The translations under genes and the position numbers were made by a program. A stretch of 64,000 bases of DNA from Candidatus Levybacteria bacterium RIFCSPHIGHO2_01_FULL_37_17 (lineage in GTDB: Bacteria > Patescibacteriota > Microgenomatia > Levybacterales > UBA12049): positions 277,012 to 341,011 of the forward strand of contig MFNL01000001.1 of NCBI GenBank assembly GCA_001782035.1, read 5' to 3'. Below the pieces are notes generated by a model, which had not been told where the DNA came from, did not search any database, and saw only the letters and a list, made by a program, of their open reading frames with translations. Of the stretch, positions 37,615 to 46,643 are shown piece by piece; position 1 is the first letter of the stretch; every line of letters starts with the position of its first letter.

Positions 37615-38798
37615 AATTATTTAAGCTGATAGCGAGTTTATATTTTATTACTCTTGTTTCTTTATTTTTTTACTCTTTTACTCAGGTTGATTTAAGTCTT
37701 ACTCTAACCCAAGCGTCAATCTTCAAAGATATAATTTCCACTCTGCAATATTTGGGGTTTTTTCAGAGGGAACTATCCGCTATAATTTTTGCCCTAATAA
37801 GTTTTTTGCTTTTTTTATTCTATTTCCTTTTTCTTAATCAGTCCAAAAAAATCTCAGGGAAAATGCTTTTTTCATTAATTTGTGGTATCTTTTTCATTCT
37901 AGTTTTATCGTACAACGCTTTTTCTTATGATCTTTTTAATTATATTTTCGATGCCAAAATTTTAACTTTTTATCATCAAAACCCCTATCTTTTCAAGCCG
38001 CTGGATTTTATAGGAGACCCAATGCTTACTTTTATGCGCTGGACTCATAGGGTCTACCCTTATGGTCCAAGTTGGCTAGCTCTTACAGTTCCACTATCAT
38101 TCATAGGATCAAATATTTTTCTTGTGACCTTCTTCTTATTTAAGCTTATGATTGGACTAAGTTTTCTAGGAAGTGCTTTCCTTATTTATAAAATTTCAGA
38201 GTTAGTTAGTCCAGAAAATAAGATATTTAATACTTTATTTTTTGCACTTAACCCATTGGTATTAATAGAAGGGCTTGTTTCTGCGCATAATGATTTTCCT
38301 TTGGTATTTTTTGCCCTGCTTTCTTTCTACCTTTTTATAAGAAAGAAAAAAGTTTTTTCTTTTGTCTCTCTTGCTTTCTCAATTGGTATTAAATATTTAT
38401 CTTTTATACTACTTCCTATTTTTGGATATCTGATGATTTTAGAAAATAAAAAGATTAAGATTAACTGGGATAAAATTTTCCTTTTATCCCTTGCTCTCTC
38501 CTTAGTTACCCTTGCTCTCGTAACTTTTAGAACTAATTTTCAACCATGGTATCTTATATTTCCCATGAGTCTTGCTGCATTTAATGCAAAAAGACCCTAC
38601 GTCTTTCTTCCTGTTATAGTAGCATCTTTATCTATGATTGCCGTTTACTATTTTTATGTACTTCTTACAGATTATGCGCCTAATTATCCTGCAGTAATTA
38701 CAAGAGTTGAGACTTTGGCACTTTTTGCTGTTATTGTTTCTTTTATTATTGGTTTTTTATTTAAAAAAAGATTATTTAAGCTTTTGAATAACAGCTAG
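37611..38798 (+). CDS. polytopic membrane protein, GT-C-like (DUF2029/GT87-like?)
   Basis: ~10 TM helices, loop motifs YPYGP and NPLVLIEGLVSAHND; ATGA overlap with upstream GT2. Confidence 0.45.
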   Translation: MKLFKLIASLYFITLVSLFFYSFTQVDLSLTLTQASIFKDIISTLQYLGFFQRELSAIIFALISFLLFLFYFLFLNQSKKISGKMLFSLICGIFFILVLSYNAFSYDLFNYIFDAKILTFYHQNPYLFKPLDFIGDPMLTFMRWTHRVYPYGPSWLALTVPLSFIGSNIFLVTFFLFKLMIGLSFLGSAFLIYKISELVSPENKIFNTLFFALNPLVLIEGLVSAHNDFPLVFFALLSFYLFIRKKKVFSFVSLAFSIGIKYLSFILLPIFGYLMILENKKIKINWDKIFLLSLALSLVTLALVTFRTNFQPWYLIFPMSLAAFNAKRPYVFLPVIVASLSMIAVYYFYVLLTDYAPNYPAVITRVETLALFAVIVSFIIGFLFKKRLFKLLNNS

Positions 38799-38816
38799 AT
38801 ATTATATAATTCATGT

Positions 38817-40331
38817 ATGGGTTTTATCCGCAAATGGAGAACTGAAATCATTTTTGCGTTGCTTATTGCAGTAGCTTATTTTCTCTCCCGTATTGTACTT
38901 CTTGGTAATCTCCCTATTTTTACAGATGAGGCAATTTACACTAGATGGGCTCAAATAGCATTAAACGATCCCCAGTGGCGTTTTATTTCCCTAACAGATG
39001 GAAAACAACCGATGTTTGTTTGGCTAGCCATGATTTTTATGAAATTTATAGAAGACCCGCTAGTTGCCGCAAGGCTTGTTTCGGTTGCCTCAGGCTTTTT
39101 TACTCTAGTGGGACTTTGGTTTTTAACCTTAGAGCTTTTTAAAAGTAGAAAGGTAGCGTTTATCTCCTCGCTTCTTTATGTCGTCTATCCTTTTGCCGTA
39201 GTGCTTGACCGCATGGCACTATACGACAGTATGGTAGCAACATTTTTTGTTTGGGCGCTTTATTTCTCAGTTCTTTTAGTAAGAAGAATTAGACTAGATA
39301 TTGCCTATACGCTTAGTTTGATTATTGCAGGAGGAATGCTGACTAAAACCGCTAATTTCTTCAGTATATATCTGCTTCCTTTTTTGCTGATCCTTTTTAA
39401 CTTTAGAAAAAAGAATTGGCAGTTTGATTTGAGAAGATTTGTTTTATTTGCCGCTTTCTCAGCTGGCATAGCTTTTTTCTTATACAATGTTTTGCGACTT
39501 TCCCCATTTTTCCATATTATTGATCAAAAGAATGCCGTTTTCGTTTATCCATTCTCAGAGTGGATAAAGCAGCCATTTACTTTTTTCCCTGGAAATCTTT
39601 CAGGACTACTTAACTGGTTGTATGAGTATTTAAAAATTCCAGTCATTGTTTTAATCTTGATTTCACTTGTAAAGTATAAAGAGTTTACGAGAGAGAAATT
39701 ATTGCTTCTTGTTTATTTCTCTGCGCCATTTATTGCGTTGGCCCTCTTTGGAAGACTGGTTTACCCTCGTTATATTTTCTTTATGAGCCTAATGCTTCTT
39801 CCTCTTGCTTCTTTGGGTCTTACATATCTTGTTGATTACGTCATTAAGAAGTATAAAGTTTCAAAAAATTTAGCTTTTTACTTAATCACTGCATTGTTTA
39901 TTGCATATCCTGCTTTTGTTTCATGGCAGTTTATTTTTGATCCTGTAAACGCAAGAATAGCAACAGCGGATAACAGGCAGTATGTAAATGGTTGGCCCGT
40001 CGGATGGGGAGTTAGGGAAAGCGTTGAGTTTTTCAGAAATGAAGCAAAGAACGAAAAGATTTACGTAGCAACAGCTGGAACTTTTGGGCTTCTTCCGGCA
40101 GCTTTAGAGATATATTTAGTTGAGAACAAAAATATTGAGATAAAGGGGCACTGGCCGGTAGATGTATTGCCTAAAGAACTTTTGCAAAAGGCAGAAGATA
40201 TGCCTACCTTTTTAATTACATATCAGAAAGAAAACTTAAATCTAGACGATAACCCAAATTTAAATCTCGTGTTTCAGATAAGACAGGGAAACACAGACTT
40301 TTTTTATAAGGTATTTAGGGTAGAACCATGA
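38817..40331 (+). CDS. ArnT/PMT_2-like GT-C glycosyltransferase (GT39/GT83-like)
   Basis: First extracytoplasmic loop FTDEAIYTRWAQIAL (DE motif), 504 aa polytopic. Confidence 0.65.
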   Translation: MGFIRKWRTEIIFALLIAVAYFLSRIVLLGNLPIFTDEAIYTRWAQIALNDPQWRFISLTDGKQPMFVWLAMIFMKFIEDPLVAARLVSVASGFFTLVGLWFLTLELFKSRKVAFISSLLYVVYPFAVVLDRMALYDSMVATFFVWALYFSVLLVRRIRLDIAYTLSLIIAGGMLTKTANFFSIYLLPFLLILFNFRKKNWQFDLRRFVLFAAFSAGIAFFLYNVLRLSPFFHIIDQKNAVFVYPFSEWIKQPFTFFPGNLSGLLNWLYEYLKIPVIVLILISLVKYKEFTREKLLLLVYFSAPFIALALFGRLVYPRYIFFMSLMLLPLASLGLTYLVDYVIKKYKVSKNLAFYLITALFIAYPAFVSWQFIFDPVNARIATADNRQYVNGWPVGWGVRESVEFFRNEAKNEKIYVATAGTFGLLPAALEIYLVENKNIEIKGHWPVDVLPKELLQKAEDMPTFLITYQKENLNLDDNPNLNLVFQIRQGNTDFFYKVFRVEP

Positions 40332-41977
40332 AATTTCTAAAAAAGAATTTATTGCTTGTACTTCTTTCCTTAATTTTTGCTCTAAGTCTTTTTTTAAGGC
40401 TTTATCAACTAGAGTCTTTTCCAGTTGGATTTCACCAGGATGAAGCAGCCTTAGGTTACAACGCATATTCACTTCTTTTAACAGGGAAGGATGAAAATGG
40501 ACAAAGTTTACCATTGTACATCAATAAGTTTGGTGATAATAATCCCAGCGGATATCATTATCTAGCTATTTTATCTGTAAAATTTTTTGGACTTAATGAG
40601 TTTTCTACCAGGCTTCCCGCAGCTCTTGCGGGGGCAATGCTTATTCTAGCAATATATTTTCTTAGCTTTACAATTTCTAAAAACACCTTGATTAGTTTGT
40701 TTGCCGCTTTTTTTAGTGCCGTTGCCCCATGGAGCATAGTGCTTTCTCGAACTAGTGCTGAAACAATAGTTGCATTATTTTTTGCAATATTAGGTTTTGC
40801 TTTATTTATTCATTTTTTTAGAAACAAGAACATTTTATTTTTATCCGGAAGTGTTTTGTTGTGGATAGCATCGTTTTTAACATATCCAGCACCTCGTTTA
40901 TATGTACCTCTTTTAGTTTTAGCAACGGGAATATATGTATTTAAATATATAAGAGAGAAAAAATTACTAGTACCTTCGTTTGTTTCTTTCACAATACTTA
41001 TTGCTGTTCTTCTATTTCTTATTCTAGGAGTATCAGGAGGTATCGGTCGATTCTCTCAGGTAAGTATATTTACCCATCCTGAAACGAAGCTTGTTTTAGA
41101 AGAGCAAATCAGAGAAGACGGAATGGAGCAAATTCCTCCAACAGTTGTTAGAGCTTTTCACAATAAAATTATCAATCATTCTTATACATTTTTACTAAAT
41201 TATTCTTCTTATTTTTCCCTGGAGTATCTTTTCTTGAAAGGCGGACAACCATTACTCCTTAACGTGCCCCACATAGGGCTATTGTATTTAGTAGAGCTGC
41301 CTTTCATATTAATAGGAATTTATTCAGTAATAAGATCGAAAAATCACTTCTCCAAGCTTCTTTTGATTTGGCTTCTGCTTGCTCCAGCTACTGCAGCTAT
41401 AACATTTGATGATAGTCCAAATGTAAGAAGGGCTTTGGTAATGTTTCCTTTTATAGAAATTCTTGCAGGATACGGAATGCTTTTTTCTATTAAAAAAATT
41501 ACAGAAGAGAAGAATAAAAAAATATTTATTTCTATCTTTATGTTATTTCTTCTGTACAATTCTGTATATTTCCTACATCAATATTTTGTTCACACAAAAG
41601 TTCATAAACCATGGTTTAGAGATGTTGGAGTAAAAGAGATGGTAGCGGAGATAAAAAATTCATATCAAAACTATGACAAAGTTATTGTCACAAATGCTAC
41701 TAGAGGAATACATCCTTTAATCCTCTTTTACATGAAATATGATCCTGTGACGTATCAAAAAGAAGGTTCAGCCAAAGACGCGGATTATAGCGGATTTGGA
41801 AAATTCTTTTTTGTTCCACAGGACTGCCCGTCAGTAAATAGGGATCCTGATTTTCCTGATTTTAAATCTGCAATTTTTATAGATAAAGGAGTCTGCCCGT
41901 TTATTGAGGGGAAAAACTACGAAATAATATATCGAGGTGATAAAACCCCCGTGTATAGAATTGTCTATGAAGATTAA
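40328..41977 (+). CDS. ArnT/PMT_2-like GT-C glycosyltransferase, paralog A1
   Basis: GFHQDEAALGYNAYSLLLTGKDENGQSLPLYINKFGDNNPSGYHY loop-1 motif; 549 aa. Confidence 0.75.
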   Translation: MKFLKKNLLLVLLSLIFALSLFLRLYQLESFPVGFHQDEAALGYNAYSLLLTGKDENGQSLPLYINKFGDNNPSGYHYLAILSVKFFGLNEFSTRLPAALAGAMLILAIYFLSFTISKNTLISLFAAFFSAVAPWSIVLSRTSAETIVALFFAILGFALFIHFFRNKNILFLSGSVLLWIASFLTYPAPRLYVPLLVLATGIYVFKYIREKKLLVPSFVSFTILIAVLLFLILGVSGGIGRFSQVSIFTHPETKLVLEEQIREDGMEQIPPTVVRAFHNKIINHSYTFLLNYSSYFSLEYLFLKGGQPLLLNVPHIGLLYLVELPFILIGIYSVIRSKNHFSKLLLIWLLLAPATAAITFDDSPNVRRALVMFPFIEILAGYGMLFSIKKITEEKNKKIFISIFMLFLLYNSVYFLHQYFVHTKVHKPWFRDVGVKEMVAEIKNSYQNYDKVIVTNATRGIHPLILFYMKYDPVTYQKEGSAKDADYSGFGKFFFVPQDCPSVNRDPDFPDFKSAIFIDKGVCPFIEGKNYEIIYRGDKTPVYRIVYED

Positions 41978-43595
41978 AAAGCATTTCTTATTCCTTCTTT
42001 TAATTCTTGCCATAGCTTCAATATTGCGTCTATGGCAACTGGGAGTAAATCCTCCGAGTCTTGATTGGGACGAAGCCTCACTGGGTTACAATGCCTATTC
42101 AATTCTTAAGACCGGAGCAGATGAATATGGGAATTTTCTTCCAACTTCCATAAGGTCTTTCAATGATTATAAACCTGCAGCATATGTATATTTAACAATT
42201 CCATCTGTTTTTATATTCGGGCTCAACGAATTTGCCGTTCGTCTTCCGTCCGCAGCCTTGGGGATACTAACTGTTCTTTTCACATATCTTTTAGTCAAAG
42301 AACTATTCAAAGCTAAAAATTTACAATTTGCCGAAGCCGCAGCGCTTGTCAGCGCATTGCTACTGGCAATTTCTCCCTGGCATCTACAATTTAGTAGGTC
42401 AGCTTTTGAAGGAAACGTTGGGGTTTTCTTTTTTGTCGGAGGAATATATTTTTTACTTAAAGCTTTAAATAAAGGATTATTTTTTGCGCCTGCTTTTATT
42501 TTTTTCGTACTTACTTTTTACTCCTATCATAGTTTTCGGTTGGTAACTCCATTGTTTCTGTTGTTTTCCATATTTTATTTTAGAAAGGAAATATTGGAGA
42601 AAAAAAAGCATTTTCTTGTTTCCGCACTGTTTGCCTTGATCTTAACCCTGCCTTTATTGCTTAGTATTTTTACCAACTTAGCCCGTTTTTCAAGCGTTAC
42701 CATTTTTAATTCTTCAGGAATTCTCGATACATCTATAAAGCAGCTGGAACTAGATAGAGAAAGAGAAAATGTTCTTGGAGAGATTTTCCATAACAGAAGA
42801 GTGGTCTACGCGCAGAACATTTTAGATGGCTATCTTTCACATTTTGATCCTGTTTTCCTTTTTCTAAGGGGAGATTCGGTGGAACGGCATCATGCAATAG
42901 GAATGGGAATGCTTTATATAATTGAACTTCCATTTTTACTAGTGGGAATTTTTTATCTTTCGCGAAAAAAAGATACCGGAAGGCTTATTTTACTCATCTG
43001 GCTCTTAGCTGCACCTGCCGCAGCTTCCTTAGCAACGGGGACTCCCCATGCAATACGCGCTATTGCCATGATTCCTGTATTGCAAGTTATTACGGCTATT
43101 GGCATTGTCGCTTTCTACGAGTGGAATAAAAAGGCAAAATTAGGAAAATTTATTATTTTTACATTTTCCGCTTTGTTTTTATTAAATGCTCTTTACTATT
43201 TGGATATGTATTATGTCCACACACCTATTGAAAATTCAAAATACTGGCAATATGGATACAGACAAGTGTTTGAATATGCAAAGGAAAGGCAAGATAAGTA
43301 TGACAAAATAATCGTAACTTACAAATACGACCAACCATACATCTATTATTTGTTTTTTAATAAAATTGAACCGTCTTGGTACCAGAAGAATTGGGATTAT
43401 AACAATGATGGAGAAATAGAAAGAATGACCAGAATTATCGGAAAATACGAATTTAGAAATATTGATTACGCAGTAGATTCAAAGGCAAAAAATGTTTTGT
43501 TAATCGGGACACCTGATGAGATATCGCAGAATGCAAGCATAAAAGAAATAAATTTTTTGGATGGAACCGTTGCATTTAGGATAGCAGAAAGTTAA
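41967..43595 (+). CDS. ArnT/PMT_2-like GT-C glycosyltransferase, paralog A2
   Basis: LDWDEASLGYNAYSILKTGADEYGNFLPTSIRSFNDYKPAAYVY; start set at ATG overlapping upstream stop (ORF track 41937). Confidence 0.75.
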   Translation: MKIKKHFLFLLLILAIASILRLWQLGVNPPSLDWDEASLGYNAYSILKTGADEYGNFLPTSIRSFNDYKPAAYVYLTIPSVFIFGLNEFAVRLPSAALGILTVLFTYLLVKELFKAKNLQFAEAAALVSALLLAISPWHLQFSRSAFEGNVGVFFFVGGIYFLLKALNKGLFFAPAFIFFVLTFYSYHSFRLVTPLFLLFSIFYFRKEILEKKKHFLVSALFALILTLPLLLSIFTNLARFSSVTIFNSSGILDTSIKQLELDRERENVLGEIFHNRRVVYAQNILDGYLSHFDPVFLFLRGDSVERHHAIGMGMLYIIELPFLLVGIFYLSRKKDTGRLILLIWLLAAPAAASLATGTPHAIRAIAMIPVLQVITAIGIVAFYEWNKKAKLGKFIIFTFSALFLLNALYYLDMYYVHTPIENSKYWQYGYRQVFEYAKERQDKYDKIIVTYKYDQPYIYYLFFNKIEPSWYQKNWDYNNDGEIERMTRIIGKYEFRNIDYAVDSKAKNVLLIGTPDEISQNASIKEINFLDGTVAFRIAES

Positions 43596-43608
43596 ACTTT
43601 AAAAGTTA

Positions 43609-45036
43609 ATGGCAAAAAGTAAAAAAGAAGTCGTCGTTTTAGGAGCAGGTCTTGCAGGGTTAGCATCTGCTCACGAATTAGCAAAAGCCGGTTACAAGGT
43701 TAGAGTTTATGAAATGTTTGATTTTATAGGTGGTTTGGCGGCTACCATAAGAAAAGGAGAATTCGCATTTGATACAGGTCCTCACCGCTGGTTTGCAAAA
43801 TCAGATTTCGTGAATAACTGGATGCTTGATTTAATGAAAGGCGAGATAAAAAGCGTCAAGCGGCTTACCAGAATTTATTTCGACAACAAGTACTTCTTTT
43901 ATCCTATTAAAATCTCAAATGCCCTTTTAGGTATTGGTCCAATTAAGGCTTTTATGGCTATTTTTGACTATGGTGTTTACAGAATACGAGCAAGAGTACT
44001 AAAGCCAAAAATTGTTTCTCTTGAAGACGGATTTGTAAATCAATTCGGCAGAACTTTATACAATACTTTCTTCAAAAGATACTCTGAAAAGCTTTGGGGG
44101 AGGCCCAATACACAGATTTCAGCAGATTGGGCAGGACAAAGAACTAGAGGTTTTAACCTTTTAACCGTAGTAAAAGATTCTCTATTTAAATCCAAAAAAA
44201 TTGTTTCTTTTGTTGATGAATTTCAGTATCCGGAAAAAGGCGTTGGAAGAATAGCGGAAAAACTAGCCGAAGAAGTTGAAAAAATGGGCGGAAAAATTTA
44301 CCTGAATGCAAAAGCAGTCTCTTTTAATGCAAACGGAAAAAACAAAATGACAGGTGTAGAAATAGAGGTAAAGGGAAAAAGGATAATGGAAACAGCCGAC
44401 TTTTATATAAACACAATTCCATTGCCACACCTGATTAAATTTATGAATCCGAAAGCACCAAAAGAAATTATCAAGGAAAGTGAAACGTTAAAATTTAGAT
44501 CCGAAGTACAAGTGGCACTATTTATTAAAAAAACTAATATTACACCTGATGTGTGGATTTATGTACATTCGAAAGAAATATCATTCATGAGGTTTATGGA
44601 AATGGATAATTGGAGTAATGTTCTTTCTCCCAAGGGTACTACTACTTTAGTTTTTGAAGTTGCTTGTAACGAAGATGATGAAACCTGGAACAAAAGCGAC
44701 AAAGAGCTTATTGAAATGGTTAAAAATGACTACATTAAAGAGTTTAAAACAATTGAGCAGAAAGATGTTTTAGGAGGTTATGTCCATCGTGTTCCCTTTG
44801 AATACCCTGTTTACCATATCGGCTACACCGATTCTTTGGATAAAATAAAAGAGTTCTTAGATAATTTTACAAACCTTCAGACAATAGGAAGAAACGGGAT
44901 TTTCAGATATAACAACATGGACCATTCAATAGAAATGGGCCTTTATGCAGCCTGGAATATAATTGAAGGTAAAAGGAAACATGATCCTTACTTGGTTAAT
45001 ATTGAAAGGGAATATCTTGAAGAAAAGAAGCTCTAG
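43609..45036 (+). CDS. FAD-dependent oxidoreductase (amine-oxidase/UDP-galactopyranose-mutase-like fold)
   Basis: N-terminal dinucleotide-binding VVVLGAGLAGLASAHELAKAGYKVRVYE...IGG; 475 aa soluble. Confidence 0.65.
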   Translation: MAKSKKEVVVLGAGLAGLASAHELAKAGYKVRVYEMFDFIGGLAATIRKGEFAFDTGPHRWFAKSDFVNNWMLDLMKGEIKSVKRLTRIYFDNKYFFYPIKISNALLGIGPIKAFMAIFDYGVYRIRARVLKPKIVSLEDGFVNQFGRTLYNTFFKRYSEKLWGRPNTQISADWAGQRTRGFNLLTVVKDSLFKSKKIVSFVDEFQYPEKGVGRIAEKLAEEVEKMGGKIYLNAKAVSFNANGKNKMTGVEIEVKGKRIMETADFYINTIPLPHLIKFMNPKAPKEIIKESETLKFRSEVQVALFIKKTNITPDVWIYVHSKEISFMRFMEMDNWSNVLSPKGTTTLVFEVACNEDDETWNKSDKELIEMVKNDYIKEFKTIEQKDVLGGYVHRVPFEYPVYHIGYTDSLDKIKEFLDNFTNLQTIGRNGIFRYNNMDHSIEMGLYAAWNIIEGKRKHDPYLVNIEREYLEEKKL

Positions 45037-46643
45037 TGAAAAAAGTTTATATTTATATTTTTATCCTTATAGCCTTGTCGCTTTTAGTCATTGGCCCTTT
45101 TTTTAAACCGGGATTTTTCGAGACCCATGATGGTGGCTGGGCAGTAGTACGCTTAGGGGCAATGCACAGAGCCTTTGCCGACCTTCATCTTCCGGCAAGA
45201 TGGGCAGGAGAGCTTAACTTCGGATATGGATATCCTCTTTTTGAATTTACCTATCCGCTACCCTATTATCTTGGTGAAGTTATAAACCTTTTAGGTCTTG
45301 GCTTAGTGGATTCAATAAAGGCAGTATTTGTCTTTAGTGTGCTTACCTCTGTAGTAGTGATGTTTTTTCTGTCAAGAAGAATATTTGGAAACCTAGGAGC
45401 ATTTATTTCTGCCGGTTTTTATTTATTCGCAAATTACAGATTAGTTAACCTTTACGTCAGGGGTTCTATTGGAGAATCCTTGTCTCTTGTTTTATTTCCT
45501 ATGCTCTTCTTTCTTGTTTTGTCTAGCATAAGTAAGCCTACAGCGGTAAAGACCTCTCTCTTTGCATTGTCTTTTGCTGCACTACTACTTACCCACAATG
45601 TTACTGCCTTGATTTTCAGTCCTTTTTTGCTTGCTTTCTATTTATTCCTGCTTTATCGGCAAAGAAATAGAGAAAATATTATACATATGATTTTAGGCTT
45701 TGGATTAGGCGGACTTATGTCATCTTTTTTTCTGTTTCCTGCGCTTCTTGAGAAAAATTATATAAGCCTGGGCGTTAATGCTATTAGTAACATAAAAGAG
45801 CATTTTTTATCTGTCCAGTCACTTATTTCAACTCCCTGGAACTACGGAGCCTTTGCCTCTTCTGAAAGATTTTCGGCTGAAATCGGGGCCTTCCCTCTGC
45901 TGGCATTTGTCTTAGCAATTTCTGTTCTTATAAAAATGAAAGATAGCTTAACCCGCAACGTTTTTTTGTTTTCATTCTTCAGCGTTATAATCCTTATTTT
46001 TCTGATGCTACCCTTTTCTTATTCTTTTTATAAACTTCCTCTTTTTTCAAATATCGATTTCCCCTGGAGACTCCTTACTCCTCTGATTTTTTTCCTCAGT
46101 TTTTCTCTTGGAATATTGGGAATGAAAAAAATATGGGGTTTAATAGGCCTGCTTTTGCTTATGGCAACTGCAATAATAAATCTTCCACATGCAAAGCCAA
46201 ATAATTACATTTCTTACCCGGATGAATATTACCTTACAAACCAGGCAACAACAACATCAAACGATGAGCTTATGCCTATTTGGGTAGAGAAAAAGCCAAA
46301 GCAACGGTACGAAAGAAAAGTTGAAGTATTGTCGGGAGATGCGGGTGTAAATGTTATTTCGCAAGAAACGGCAAAGACAGTTTTTGAAATAAATGCAGAA
46401 GAAGAAAGTAGAATTGCTCTTAATACAATATATTACCCTGGGTGGGAGTTAAAAGAGAATGGAAGTAAAATTGATTTCAGTTATGATAATCCAGAAGGTA
46501 TAATTGAGTTTGACATCAGAGAGGGGACGCATAGGATAACTGCAGAATTCAAAAACACGTCCTTAAGAAGCTTTGCTAATTTCCTATCGATACTGGGCAT
46601 CGCGGGGGTAATAATATTATGGGGGAAAAAGTTCGTAAAATAA
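45036..46643 (+). CDS. large polytopic membrane protein, PTPS-related (PF10131-like) family, putative GT-C-type transferase, paralog B1
   Basis: N-terminal FFETHDGGWAVVRLGAMHRAF...PARWAGELNFGYGYPLFEFTYPLPYY block; >12 TM plus C-terminal beta-rich domain. Confidence 0.5.
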   Translation: MKKVYIYIFILIALSLLVIGPFFKPGFFETHDGGWAVVRLGAMHRAFADLHLPARWAGELNFGYGYPLFEFTYPLPYYLGEVINLLGLGLVDSIKAVFVFSVLTSVVVMFFLSRRIFGNLGAFISAGFYLFANYRLVNLYVRGSIGESLSLVLFPMLFFLVLSSISKPTAVKTSLFALSFAALLLTHNVTALIFSPFLLAFYLFLLYRQRNRENIIHMILGFGLGGLMSSFFLFPALLEKNYISLGVNAISNIKEHFLSVQSLISTPWNYGAFASSERFSAEIGAFPLLAFVLAISVLIKMKDSLTRNVFLFSFFSVIILIFLMLPFSYSFYKLPLFSNIDFPWRLLTPLIFFLSFSLGILGMKKIWGLIGLLLLMATAIINLPHAKPNNYISYPDEYYLTNQATTTSNDELMPIWVEKKPKQRYERKVEVLSGDAGVNVISQETAKTVFEINAEEESRIALNTIYYPGWELKENGSKIDFSYDNPEGIIEFDIREGTHRITAEFKNTSLRSFANFLSILGIAGVIILWGKKFVK

